Below the pieces are notes generated by a model. That model saw only the letters and a program-made list of their open reading frames with translations, was not told the DNA's origin and searched no databases. A stretch of 64,000 nucleotides of DNA. Origin: a virus. A program made the translations under genes and the position numbers. The stretch's first letter is position 1, and every line of letters starts with the position of its first letter. Where the stretch lies: positions 1-64,000 of the IMG/VR virus record IMGVR_UViG_3300031703_000599; one strand, 5' to 3'. Shown here in pieces: positions 1 to 9,131 of this stretch.

Positions 1-13
1 ATTTGATAGGCAA

Positions 14-223
14 ATGAATGCTGGTCAGTATATAATCTGGGCAGGCAATCGTATCAAAGATCTAGAAGAAGCTGATAAGAATATGTCAGAAGAGATTACA
101 TCTTTGTATGATGAAGTCTCTGCTGCATACGAAGAGATGGGAGAGTACAAAGCATTGCTTATAGAAGCGAATCACGTTCAACGGGTGCTAATAAAGACAC
201 TAGATAAACTAACCGGGAGTTAG
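14..223 (+). CDS. hypothetical phage protein (coiled-coil-like)
   Basis: 69-aa ORF, tightly packed with downstream ORFs. Confidence 0.6.
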   Translation: MNAGQYIIWAGNRIKDLEEADKNMSEEITSLYDEVSAAYEEMGEYKALLIEANHVQRVLIKTLDKLTGS

Positions 224-226
224 ACA

Positions 227-418
227 ATGAGTAATAGAAGTGTTAAGAATGTTAAATTTTGGTATTGGCTAGTAGAACGCATGCCAACGCCATTGGTGTA
301 TTTTTGTTTCATGCACGTCCTGGCGCATAGTACAACAGGTAAGTACGGCACAACTATCGCGTCTGAATTAAGTGGAATGGATGCAATTCAACGTTACAGT
401 GACGACAATGGATTATGA
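227..418 (+). CDS. hypothetical phage protein
   Basis: 63-aa ORF, ATGA overlap with next gene. Confidence 0.6.
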   Translation: MSNRSVKNVKFWYWLVERMPTPLVYFCFMHVLAHSTTGKYGTTIASELSGMDAIQRYSDDNGL

Positions 419-678
419 CAATGAATAATAAAAAAGATCTATTAGATAAAAGCGCAGCAATGACAATTATGAATGTTGCATATGCGAGAATTAAAGAGCT
501 AGAGGATGATTGTAAGTTTTTGCTAGCATTTGCTCCATTTGGCCACACACCTGAAAATCTGTCGCCCATGTTTTATAAGACTGGCACATATGAAGGTGAC
601 GTGGAATTATGTGAGAGAATTAAAAAAATTCAATTAAGTATGCATCCTGTCAAAAGAGAAAGTGATGGCACGATATAA
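415..678 (+). CDS. hypothetical phage protein
   Basis: 87-aa ORF in operon-like packing. Confidence 0.6.
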   Translation: MTMNNKKDLLDKSAAMTIMNVAYARIKELEDDCKFLLAFAPFGHTPENLSPMFYKTGTYEGDVELCERIKKIQLSMHPVKRESDGTI

Positions 679-982
679 TATGTACCTAGATGATTTGCGT
701 ACACCTCACACTACAAAAGAATGGGTGATTGTGCGCTCTTACCAAGAAGCAGTTGATATGATTGTTGAATTTGGTATGCCAACTTATATCTCATTTGACC
801 ATGACTTGGGTGAAGATGTTCCTACTGGATTTGACTTAGCGAAGTGGATGGTCAATGAACACCTTGATGGTGTGACTCATTGGCCTACTAATTTCGAGTT
901 CAATGTTCACTCTGCTAACCCGGTTGGTGCAGCCAATATTCAGAAATTACTCGATGGTTACATAGCGCATATGTCAATATAA
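662..982 (+). CDS. cyclic-phosphate processing receiver-domain protein
   Basis: motifs YLDDLR, ISFDHDLG, TGFD and VHSANPVG typical of this stand-alone receiver family. Confidence 0.8.
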   Translation: MMARYNMYLDDLRTPHTTKEWVIVRSYQEAVDMIVEFGMPTYISFDHDLGEDVPTGFDLAKWMVNEHLDGVTHWPTNFEFNVHSANPVGAANIQKLLDGYIAHMSI

Positions 983-1047
983 AGGTTGACAGACCAAGAC
1001 ATCTTGTTGTATACTAGTAGTATAAGTTAATTAAAGCGAGAAAGCAT
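981..1047 (+). promoter_or_regulatory. sigma70-type early promoter cassette, copy 1 of a 67-bp repeat
   Basis: TTGACA (986-991), N18, TATACT (1010-1015); near-identical to 1562-1628 and 2231-2297. Confidence 0.85.
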
Positions 1048-1048
1048 A

Positions 1049-1225
1049 ATGAATACGTTAAAGCAAGACAATTACAGTAAGAACGGTGCATATAATTATT
1101 GCAACGAACTGTATGCAGAAGATATCGGAACCAAGGGTGAGATATGGAAAGCGTTAATGCAGACTAATTTTAATAAAGACGAAGCTCGTTTGTTAGTTTT
1201 AAAAGATAAGAGTAATATGTCATGA
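1049..1225 (+). CDS. hypothetical 58-aa early protein (not in ORF track)
   Basis: ATG right after promoter cassette; MNTLKQDNYSKNGAYNYCNELY...; ATGA overlap with next ORF. Confidence 0.65.
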   Translation: MNTLKQDNYSKNGAYNYCNELYAEDIGTKGEIWKALMQTNFNKDEARLLVLKDKSNMS

Positions 1226-1440
1226 AACAATTTATAATTCCAGTAGGTGTAGTATTACTTCCATTATTATTAATTGGACACAGTATGATAACACCAGTAG
1301 ATGATAGTAAGCAAATGGTGAACAAGGCTGATTGGTTCAATGAGATATGCATAGATGGAGTAGTATATCTATCTAGGACGAGTCGGTTAAGTGTTAAGTT
1401 TAACGTTGATAGTACAGTAGTCTTGTGTGATGATGTATAA
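1222..1440 (+). CDS. small membrane/exported hypothetical protein
   Basis: hydrophobic N-terminus, CIDGVVY...C motif. Confidence 0.65.
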   Translation: MKQFIIPVGVVLLPLLLIGHSMITPVDDSKQMVNKADWFNEICIDGVVYLSRTSRLSVKFNVDSTVVLCDDV

Positions 1441-1558
1441 AGCCGGATTAATTACATTGTTAGTATTAGTACTGGGACTGAATACATACATTGTATTAAC
1501 TAATCCTGTAGTTGTAGACACGCCTCAAGTTGATGATAAATGCTTGAAATTAATTTAA
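1433..1558 (+). CDS. small membrane peptide (not in ORF track)
   Basis: MYKAGLITLLVLVLGLNTYIVLTN...; single hydrophobic helix, overlaps previous stop. Confidence 0.5.
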   Translation: MYKAGLITLLVLVLGLNTYIVLTNPVVVDTPQVDDKCLKLI

Positions 1559-1561
1559 ATA

Positions 1562-1628
1562 AAAGGTTGACAGACCAAGACATCTTGTAGTATAATAGTA
1601 GTATAAGTTAATTAAAGCGAGAAAGCAT
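1562..1628 (+). promoter_or_regulatory. sigma70-type early promoter cassette, copy 2
   Basis: TTGACA (1567-1572), N18, TATAAT (1591-1596). Confidence 0.85.
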
Positions 1629-2030
1629 ATGAGTACTAGAAGCGCAATAGGTTACATGACTCCAACAGGCAGTGTTCGTACAGTGTATTGTCATTTTGAT
1701 GGATACATCATTGATGGGGTTGGTGAGATGCTAGCAACAGAGTATCAGGCTGCATACCGCGTAGCACAGTTAGTAGAAATGGGCGATATCAGTTCGCTAG
1801 GTAGAACACCATTTACAACTACTTTTTATGGACGCGATCGTAAAGAGACTGAAATTGAGACACAGGAGTACAGTAGCGTACAGGCTTTTGTTGACAACTA
1901 CGGTGACGATTTTGAATACATTTATATGTATGGACGCGATGGTTGGTTGGTTAAAACTGAAGGCCGTGACTGGACTCGTTTAGATAGTACAATAGAAGCT
2001 AAAGCTAATATGGAATTTGCAAATGCGTAA
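1629..2030 (+). CDS. conserved phage hypothetical protein
   Basis: MSTRSAIG...YCHFDGY motif typical of phage early proteins; directly after promoter cassette. Confidence 0.75.
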   Translation: MSTRSAIGYMTPTGSVRTVYCHFDGYIIDGVGEMLATEYQAAYRVAQLVEMGDISSLGRTPFTTTFYGRDRKETEIETQEYSSVQAFVDNYGDDFEYIYMYGRDGWLVKTEGRDWTRLDSTIEAKANMEFANA

Positions 2031-2133
2031 ACATCAGATTGTATTGGCTGTGCTTGCTGTGGTAATTATCGCAGTACAGTATCAGTCAGTGGTTAACTGG
2101 GTAATTGATTTACTAACAGGCCAGTCGCGATGA
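2023..2133 (+). CDS. small membrane peptide (not in ORF track)
   Basis: MRKHQIVLAVLAVVIIAVQYQ...; overlaps both neighbours. Confidence 0.5.
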   Translation: MRKHQIVLAVLAVVIIAVQYQSVVNWVIDLLTGQSR

Positions 2134-2231
2134 ATTGGGATGTGTTAATGATTAGTGTATTCTATACATCCTTGTATATTAGCGCATGGTGGTTATTATT
2201 TAAACTAGTTGGACGAAATGTAAGTAAATAA
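2130..2231 (+). CDS. small membrane peptide (not in ORF track)
   Basis: MNWDVLMISVFYTSLYISAWWLLFKL...; ATGA overlap. Confidence 0.5.
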   Translation: MNWDVLMISVFYTSLYISAWWLLFKLVGRNVSK

Positions 2232-2297
2232 AAGGTTGACAGACCAAGACATCTTGTTGTATACTAGTAGTATAAGTTAATTAAAGCGAGAACGCAT
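2231..2297 (+). promoter_or_regulatory. sigma70-type early promoter cassette, copy 3
   Basis: TTGACA (2236-2241), N18, TATACT (2260-2265). Confidence 0.85.
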
Positions 2298-2567
2298 ATG
2301 TTAAATTCAAAAAGAGATTCACTAATAAGTTACATTAGCGATGCATATAAAGATTTACATGGTATGCGTCCTCGCTTTTATAATTGGGACGTGATGACCG
2401 TCGCACAGTTAACTAGTGAAGCCGACGAGCTAAGTGATGCACTCGACTACGAGATTAACCGTGAGAAGATTGAACTTGATCGCAACATGGATACGTTTAT
2501 GCAGTTTGCACCAAATGCAGACACAGCCAAACGTTGGATTGAACAAAGCTTAGGAGAGTACGCATGA
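2298..2567 (+). CDS. conserved phage hypothetical protein
   Basis: YISDAYKDLHGMRPR motif; follows promoter. Confidence 0.7.
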   Translation: MLNSKRDSLISYISDAYKDLHGMRPRFYNWDVMTVAQLTSEADELSDALDYEINREKIELDRNMDTFMQFAPNADTAKRWIEQSLGEYA

Positions 2568-2770
2568 TAGTTAAAAAAGAATTTAAAGAAGGCATTACTG
2601 TTGACCTAACTGGTCCTAGTGGCAATGCGTATAACTTACTTGGGTTAGCAAAGAGTCTTTCTAAGCCAGACCATGCAGATATACTAGCAGAAATGATGAG
2701 CGGTGACTATGAGAATTTAGTTAGCGTGTTTGATGAATATTTTGGTGACGTTGTAACATTGGAGAGATAG
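2564..2770 (+). CDS. conserved phage hypothetical protein
   Basis: DLTGPSGNAY...MMSGDYE motif. Confidence 0.7.
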   Translation: MIVKKEFKEGITVDLTGPSGNAYNLLGLAKSLSKPDHADILAEMMSGDYENLVSVFDEYFGDVVTLER

Positions 2771-2771
2771 T

Positions 2772-3023
2772 ATGAAACGTAATTATCGTAAAGCATTTAC
2801 TGAATTAAAGAAAATGGGTTGTCCAGTCATTGAAGGTGGATGGGACCGTGAAGATGGTTTCATTATTAGTGCCGAAATGAACGAGCATGATATTTGGGCA
2901 GACTACTATGAACAAGGATACGGACACTTTGGTGTTAAACAAGAAGTGTGTGACGTGTTAGGCAAGCATGATTTATTTGCCGAATGGATTAACCCTGGCG
3001 TAGTTGGCGTATGTCAGGTATAA
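2772..3023 (+). CDS. hypothetical phage protein
   Basis: 83-aa ORF with RBS GGAG. Confidence 0.7.
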   Translation: MKRNYRKAFTELKKMGCPVIEGGWDREDGFIISAEMNEHDIWADYYEQGYGHFGVKQEVCDVLGKHDLFAEWINPGVVGVCQV

Positions 3024-3075
3024 GTTTTTGAATAAATAAAGTAAGTTACGAAACAACCTAAAATGGAAGAAGTGC

Positions 3076-3321
3076 ATGATATTGTGGTTTAGAGGTCTGC
3101 TTGGATGGAGCATAATAAACGAATTTGAACAAGACTTGTTTGATAACGGACCTGAGATCAAGTTACCTGCAGCAGTTACGCGAGTAGAAGTAATCGACAA
3201 CACTGGGCGCGTATACGCAAATCATGATGTCACTGAAGCATTTTATCAAATGCAAGACGATGGTTGCACATTAAAGCTATTTGTAAATTGGGGTGACCCA
3301 GAACCAAAGGAATCAAAATGA
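3076..3321 (+). CDS. hypothetical phage protein
   Basis: VTRVEVID..GRVY...QDDGCTLKLF motif. Confidence 0.65.
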   Translation: MILWFRGLLGWSIINEFEQDLFDNGPEIKLPAAVTRVEVIDNTGRVYANHDVTEAFYQMQDDGCTLKLFVNWGDPEPKESK

Positions 3322-3764
3322 AGACAATATTAACAACATTTGCAATTGTAGCACTGGCTTTAGCGGCTACTTGCACGTATGCAAAAGAACCAGTAATGGT
3401 TGAATATGATTATGAAATTACACGAGTTATAGACGGCGACACAGTTGCATTTAGGGCAGACTTTTTACCTGATCCGATTAAGAAAGAACTAAGTATTCGC
3501 GTATACGGTGTAGATACTCCAGAAAAGAGTTGGCGAGCAGAATGTGACCAAGAAGCAATATGGGGAGCAGAAGCAAGTAAATTTACAACGAACATGATTG
3601 CAAGTGCTCACACTATTAAAGTTGCTATTTACAAATGGGACAAGTATGGTGGACGTGTACTAGGTGACATTATCATTGATGGTATCAGCTTACGACAGCT
3701 ATTGCTTGGTAATGGATTTGCTCGTGAATACTATGGCGACAAAAAAGAGTCATGGTGCAATTAA
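3318..3764 (+). CDS. thermonuclease (staphylococcal nuclease-like), with signal peptide
   Basis: RVIDGDT, IRVYGVDTPE and DKYGGRVLG motifs; hydrophobic N-terminus. Confidence 0.9.
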   Translation: MKTILTTFAIVALALAATCTYAKEPVMVEYDYEITRVIDGDTVAFRADFLPDPIKKELSIRVYGVDTPEKSWRAECDQEAIWGAEASKFTTNMIASAHTIKVAIYKWDKYGGRVLGDIIIDGISLRQLLLGNGFAREYYGDKKESWCN

Positions 3765-3765
3765 A

Positions 3766-4950
3766 TTGACTGAGAATAAAGGCTTTTGTATACTACCATT
3801 CACTGGTGTCTTTATACAAAATAACAGAATTAGATTATGCTGTGAAAGTAAAGAAGATACTAAGCATTATCTCTCAGGTGATTCTAGTATTTCTGATATA
3901 TGGAATAACCAGTTTTATCAAGATACTAGGACAGAAATGCTTGCTGGCAATTTGCCAGCAGGATGTAGTACGTGCAGAATGGACGAAGCAGCAGGCGAAG
4001 AAAGCATGCGACTGTGGGAAAACTCACAAATTGATAACATTGATGAATACACTGATATAATATGTGCAGCACCTAGTGGGTTTGATGTACGCCCGACTAA
4101 TAAATGTAACCTTGAATGTGTAATGTGTGACGGTGGCGCCAGTACCGCTATTAATAGTAGACTTGTATACCACAATAAAGATGTAACCGGATTTCCCATA
4201 CAAGCAGGCAAAGTATGGGAAGAAAATCGTTTTGTTATTAACCATATTCAACAAAACAGTGATAAGATTACTACAATGAGGTTCGCAGGTGGTGAACCAT
4301 TCTTGATGCCAGAAGTATTAGAAATTATCGATTACTTAGTGAGCACAGGCGAAAGTAAAAACATTAAATTAAGATTCACCACAAACGGCACTGTGGTACG
4401 CAATAAATGGTTCAGTGAGAAATTAGTAAAATTTAAAAGCGTGAAGTTGAATGTAAGCATTGACGCCATTGGTGAGATCGGAGAATACGTAAGGTACCCT
4501 TGTAAGTGGAGTGTAGTGGATAAAAATATGCAGCTCTTTAAGAAAATTGCAAAAAACAATCCACATATAACGATAAGCCTAGCGCCTGTTATACACGTAC
4601 TAACTGCACTAGATATGGATAAAGTAATTGAGTATGCTGCAATTAACAAAATTGATTTAGCATTGACTCCAGTGTATGCTGCTGCCGGCGGCGGGAATCA
4701 TTTATCAACTGAATTATTAACTGACGAACTGAAACAACTTGCATATGATAAAATAATGAATGTGCTTGCACGTTATCCTAATATGGATTTTAACATAGGC
4801 AAAAAGTTTATTACACAACTATTAAGTACGCCACAACTAACTGACGCAACTACAATACAGCAACTTAATAAAGTTATAAGGTATTGGGATAGTCATAGAA
4901 AAGTTAAGTTTTTAGAACAGTACCCATATCTAGATTACTTAATAGAATAA
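3766..4950 (+). CDS. N-terminal twitch-domain radical SAM protein
   Basis: CILPF...CC...CSTC, then CNLECVMC and GGEPF; TTG start at 3766 preferred over the overlapping 3664 start. Confidence 0.9.
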   Translation: MTENKGFCILPFTGVFIQNNRIRLCCESKEDTKHYLSGDSSISDIWNNQFYQDTRTEMLAGNLPAGCSTCRMDEAAGEESMRLWENSQIDNIDEYTDIICAAPSGFDVRPTNKCNLECVMCDGGASTAINSRLVYHNKDVTGFPIQAGKVWEENRFVINHIQQNSDKITTMRFAGGEPFLMPEVLEIIDYLVSTGESKNIKLRFTTNGTVVRNKWFSEKLVKFKSVKLNVSIDAIGEIGEYVRYPCKWSVVDKNMQLFKKIAKNNPHITISLAPVIHVLTALDMDKVIEYAAINKIDLALTPVYAAAGGGNHLSTELLTDELKQLAYDKIMNVLARYPNMDFNIGKKFITQLLSTPQLTDATTIQQLNKVIRYWDSHRKVKFLEQYPYLDYLIE

Positions 4951-4956
4951 AGAACA

Positions 4957-5592
4957 TTATCGTTCACTTAAATGATCAGATACAAACTGTATACTGTCAT
5001 CACATACTCTCACATTAACTACTAACCATAAACTATCACAGTTCGCGCTTGCATTGAACAGTGTATGCGCTTTGGTAGTGTTTACTACGTAGCATTGACC
5101 ATGCTCCCAATGTAAAGTCGTATCTTCTAACATAAACCTAACGTGAGGAGGATTGCAGTTTTCCAACGGCCATATTAATCTAAAGCTAGTTTGTTCTCCA
5201 GTTCTGTGATCGCGGTGCGGCGGAAAGTATCCGCCTGGGTGTAGATTTAAAAAGTGAGACCTTACACTCCATTCTAACATAGGACCAATTACACGTTGTA
5301 ATTCTTCACTTGCATGATAAACATCAGTTGGTATGTTGAAGTCGCGCTCAGAAAATTTAGTGCCATGTTCGCTGTTATACTCACCTAGGCTATCTAGAGC
5401 AGGACCAGGCCCTGCTATTCCACGTTCGTTTATAATGCACAATCCCGATCTACGAATCCACTCTTTACGTGGATTATATTGCGACCATGTACCTGCAAAG
5501 TCTTCAATCTCACCAAACATCTTGTTCACATCAAGCTCTGCGTCTAGTTGGTAAAAGTCTCCAAACTTTGTAATTGCGGATATATCTGCCAT
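4957..5592 (-). CDS. aspartyl/asparaginyl beta-hydroxylase-like Fe(II)/2OG oxygenase
   Basis: PGGYFPPHRD and NTTKAHTLFN (HxD...H triad). Confidence 0.8.
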   Translation of the reverse strand: MADISAITKFGDFYQLDAELDVNKMFGEIEDFAGTWSQYNPRKEWIRRSGLCIINERGIAGPGPALDSLGEYNSEHGTKFSERDFNIPTDVYHASEELQRVIGPMLEWSVRSHFLNLHPGGYFPPHRDHRTGEQTSFRLIWPLENCNPPHVRFMLEDTTLHWEHGQCYVVNTTKAHTLFNASANCDSLWLVVNVRVCDDSIQFVSDHLSER

Positions 5593-6725
5593 TACACCAC
5601 TATCTTGCGTTTAGGAATTTTACTGTCGGCGCTGCTAACGCAACTTTTTGTAGTGCATATAGTTGGCTGTTTAAATAACTGGAATCCTGTTTCAATGTTA
5701 CCAAGTGGTTGATCATGGCAACTATAACTACGCTTAATGCTTCCATCTGGTTCACGTATAATAATACCTTGGTAACCGCTGTTACACATCCACCCTTCAA
5801 AGTTATTAAAGTTGAATGCATTAAACCGCTCTGCTTGGTCCATGTACCAGCTTTTGCCTTTGGAGTCTTTAAACTCTACTTGCATGTTCCATGGAACACT
5901 TGCATCATTTTTACCAATAGTGTAACCAGGCACCTCAAAGCTAGGCTTAGGACGTTTTACTACGTTTGCAATAGCTGCTTTGGCTTCTGTGTAGCTGCGT
6001 TGTGGCATTCCGTTATGCAGCTTTTCTAGCATCTCAGGCGTGTACCCGTCTACAATTTTACTTGCAGTTGGATCACTTTGTGGTTTAAGAGTTACGTTAA
6101 TGCCCTGTTCATGGAAGAACAAAGCATTTTCCCAATCGCGGTCAAACCATTCTGGTACCATAACCTGATTAATTGTAACTTGTATATCATGCTGTTGGCA
6201 GAATATAAGTTTGTCAGCAAATTCTTGTAGTTTTTCTTTTGAGTCTAAATGCTCAGTGTGCAAACTTGCTGTGATACTTGCGCGGTGGAAGGCAGCTACA
6301 GTTTTTACATATGTTTCGTGCCACTTCATTGGGCGGCTCATGTTTGTTGTCATGTGTACACTTGTATAGTTTGTATTATGTACGTCATCAGCGAGATGTT
6401 GTAGCATGTCTAAGTAGCCAGGGTGGAAAGTAGGTTCTCCTCCACTTAAACTAAAGTGGAAACTGTTAAACCCGTTCTCACGTGCTTGTCGCTTAATTTC
6501 ATCTATTGTTATAAGGTTCAATTCCGTAGGACGATGATCTTTTTTACTACTTCTAGCATAAGGCCAGCAGTAACTACAATTGTAGTTACAAAAACGGCCA
6601 AGCAGCCAGCTTACTGTAAACAAATCGCGATATAACAATGTGCGCTGTCCTACGCTAACAATGTCGTCAAATGGGATCTTTGTAAAATCATAATTACTCC
6701 ATTTTAATTCTTCACTATCGCTCAT
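5592..6725 (-). CDS. radical SAM protein with C-terminal twitch/SPASM-like region
   Basis: CNYNCSYC, SGGEPT; C-terminal CNSG...SC...C...SC. Confidence 0.9.
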   Translation of the reverse strand: MSDSEELKWSNYDFTKIPFDDIVSVGQRTLLYRDLFTVSWLLGRFCNYNCSYCWPYARSSKKDHRPTELNLITIDEIKRQARENGFNSFHFSLSGGEPTFHPGYLDMLQHLADDVHNTNYTSVHMTTNMSRPMKWHETYVKTVAAFHRASITASLHTEHLDSKEKLQEFADKLIFCQQHDIQVTINQVMVPEWFDRDWENALFFHEQGINVTLKPQSDPTASKIVDGYTPEMLEKLHNGMPQRSYTEAKAAIANVVKRPKPSFEVPGYTIGKNDASVPWNMQVEFKDSKGKSWYMDQAERFNAFNFNNFEGWMCNSGYQGIIIREPDGSIKRSYSCHDQPLGNIETGFQLFKQPTICTTKSCVSSADSKIPKRKIVV

Positions 6726-7320
6726 ATGTTTCTCCTAGTAAATTATAGCTGTTTAATAGTTCCATGTTTTTCTCTGTGTACTCTGCTAGTGTGTGCTTGA
6801 GGCTGTTTACTGTTATGGTTGAATCAAAGAAATCTATAAGTTTTCTCATTTCTTCTTCGTCTTGTTGAAAGTATAATTTTTCAAAGTTTATAACAAGATC
6901 AACTTCGCCTGTGTCGCCTATTTTAAAATTTAGTTGTTTGTTTGTTACGGAATGTATCTCACTTGGAATTGGTGTGTTATATTGCAATGCATTTTTTAAA
7001 AGTTTAAGTGCGGTTGCATATGTATATCCATATGATGTTGATATATCAATACTGCATGTTTGGTATTGTGCTAGTGCTTCTTTATCTCGTATATATTCAT
7101 ATCTGTGCATAGTAATAATAGGTGAACCACGTTCCATGCTAATATGTGTATCATTATTGTATATATGGTCTATACCAGTGTGAGTTAATGCTGTTACATA
7201 TTCGTTATTTTGAATACTATATACTCCGGCTGATTCGGGCATACCTAATAATTCATACGCTAATCCGCATCCACCTGATCCACCATAAAATATTAAAATC
7301 TTTGTAGTGTTATTCATCAC
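6715..7320 (-). CDS. hypothetical protein, possible sulfotransferase-like P-loop fold
   Basis: N-terminal FYGGSGG loop and INFEKL; weak. Confidence 0.55.
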   Translation of the reverse strand: MMNNTTKILIFYGGSGGCGLAYELLGMPESAGVYSIQNNEYVTALTHTGIDHIYNNDTHISMERGSPIITMHRYEYIRDKEALAQYQTCSIDISTSYGYTYATALKLLKNALQYNTPIPSEIHSVTNKQLNFKIGDTGEVDLVINFEKLYFQQDEEEMRKLIDFFDSTITVNSLKHTLAEYTEKNMELLNSYNLLGETYER

Positions 7321-7882
7321 TTGACCATTCTACCTGTACAGGATCAACACTTAGCTCATTTACTGCTAAGTGCGCTGGTGCGTTGATTACGTATTCAATA
7401 CAATCAACTGCTTCGTCTAGAGTCATTATCTTACGACCTGGATGCTTCTTTGCATTGTTCTCGAGAGTACCAAATGTAACATAACTTACTTTTGGTCCGC
7501 CTTGCCATATGCTTTTTAATCCCATTGCATTACTTGTACTACGCAATGCCTTCTTCTCTTGTTGATAGAGCCAATCTGATCCTTTCGTGGCCCTGTCAGT
7601 TGTGCTACCTAAGTTCACAATATGTAGTCGTTTAAGGTTGGTTAACGCCGCTTTATAGACTACATCTAGTACCAGGGTTTGATGGAACTGCCAGAGTGCG
7701 CTACAGTTAATAAAAACGTCAAAGTTAAGAGCCTTTTCTGCAAGCTTGTGTTTATAGCCATTTTCAGTTAAATCGTATCCCCATGTTGTTCTACCAACAA
7801 ACACAGTTTGAGGCCAGCGTTTGGCAATAGCACTTGCTACACCTTCTTCTGGGTTACCTGTACATAGTATTGTCTTTGTCAT
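7310..7882 (-). CDS. short-chain dehydrogenase/reductase (SDR)
   Basis: TGxxxxG-like start, FINCSA, IVNLGS, YxxxK (YQQEK). Confidence 0.85.
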   Translation of the reverse strand: MTKTILCTGNPEEGVASAIAKRWPQTVFVGRTTWGYDLTENGYKHKLAEKALNFDVFINCSALWQFHQTLVLDVVYKAALTNLKRLHIVNLGSTTDRATKGSDWLYQQEKKALRSTSNAMGLKSIWQGGPKVSYVTFGTLENNAKKHPGRKIMTLDEAVDCIEYVINAPAHLAVNELSVDPVQVEWSSDE

Positions 7883-9099
7883 TAAATAAATCCATTAAAT
7901 TCTGGGCAAGCTTCGAGCAGTTTGCCGCGTTGTAATTCATCCATCTTGAGATTGTAATCAACAAACTCTTGCCAATGTGCGTCATGTGAATCTTCTGTCC
8001 ACATGTATGTTATTACGTCATTTACTTTTGGCCAATGTTTATATTGTTCTAAATTGTCTTGTGCTAGCTGTTTTAATTCTTTTGGTAACACTTGTATATT
8101 CATGCTGCGTGGGTGATTTAATATATTTAAATATACTTGGTCGCCTGTAAGCCCTCTTGATTCTGCAAAGTCTAACAGTTCTGATAGCGCCACAACATTC
8201 AATGCCTGTATTGTACAGTGTATTTGTACGTCCACTGAATCAACTGCCATTAATTTATCAAATACTTCTACTACTTTTTTCCATGAACTAGGATACCTAA
8301 TGTATCTATCTCTAGCACCCACTGCGTCAATTGATGCATTTAATTGTACTCGCTTAAAGTGACTCCAGTAGTCGATCATCTTCTGTGGGATGTTGGTTAG
8401 GTTAGTATTATACTTTAGCTTTATACCAGCTGCTAAGTCATTTTCAATACAGTAATCTAATAATTTATATTGACTTATTGCTAATGTAGGTTCGCCACCT
8501 GTTAAGTAGATTTCTTCTACTGTGTGTGCAATTTCTTGGAAGTTTAATCCTGTTTGTTTGTAATCTGGCCATTCAGTCATTATGTTCATAAACGCTAAAG
8601 TGTCCTCGTCCATTGCCTTGGGTGGATCTAATTTTGCTGTAGGTACAACTGCATTCCAGTCTTTAATCCACATGCTACTAGCCCATGGATTGCACATGCG
8701 GCATTTTAAATTACAAAGGTTACCAAGACGAAGATCAACATATTTAACATCAACTGGAATCTCTACGTCTACCTTGACACCTTCTTTCCACCACTTCTCA
8801 TTAAAGCCAGCGCGTGGGCTACGAATGCCTGCGTCTTCTTCGCGGAAACAACGTACACACATCTCTGGTTTTTCGCCGTCTATAAATTCTTTACGTATCT
8901 TTGTGTAAGTAGGACTGTTCCATACTTCTTCAACATCATGTTTATATATTTTGTATGGTCTATTAGTTTCTGGATTAATGATTTGATTTTCATTTGGGTT
9001 GCTGTTACAACATACACGAAAGCTTCCTGCTGCGTTTGTTGCTACATGCATAAACGGCAGAACGCAAAACGTATCGCTTGGTAATTCTCTTGTACTCAT
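7882..9099 (-). CDS. N-terminal twitch-domain radical SAM protein
   Basis: CVLPF...CC...CVRC; CNLKCRMC; TGGEPT. Confidence 0.92.
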   Translation of the reverse strand: MSTRELPSDTFCVLPFMHVATNAAGSFRVCCNSNPNENQIINPETNRPYKIYKHDVEEVWNSPTYTKIRKEFIDGEKPEMCVRCFREEDAGIRSPRAGFNEKWWKEGVKVDVEIPVDVKYVDLRLGNLCNLKCRMCNPWASSMWIKDWNAVVPTAKLDPPKAMDEDTLAFMNIMTEWPDYKQTGLNFQEIAHTVEEIYLTGGEPTLAISQYKLLDYCIENDLAAGIKLKYNTNLTNIPQKMIDYWSHFKRVQLNASIDAVGARDRYIRYPSSWKKVVEVFDKLMAVDSVDVQIHCTIQALNVVALSELLDFAESRGLTGDQVYLNILNHPRSMNIQVLPKELKQLAQDNLEQYKHWPKVNDVITYMWTEDSHDAHWQEFVDYNLKMDELQRGKLLEACPEFNGFI

Positions 9100-9124
9100 T
9101 TGTATGACTCCGTGTATATAATGT

Positions 9125-9131
9125 TATTTAT
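9125..9131 (-). promoter_or_regulatory. putative T4-like late promoter (ATAAATA)
   Basis: ATAAATA in the short gap upstream of the gene starting at 9099. Confidence 0.5.

Noticed and set aside
981-2297. Repeats as a CRISPR array
   Set aside because: Only three 67-bp copies, about 580-670 bp apart with genes between them, and each contains -35/-10 boxes; they are promoters.
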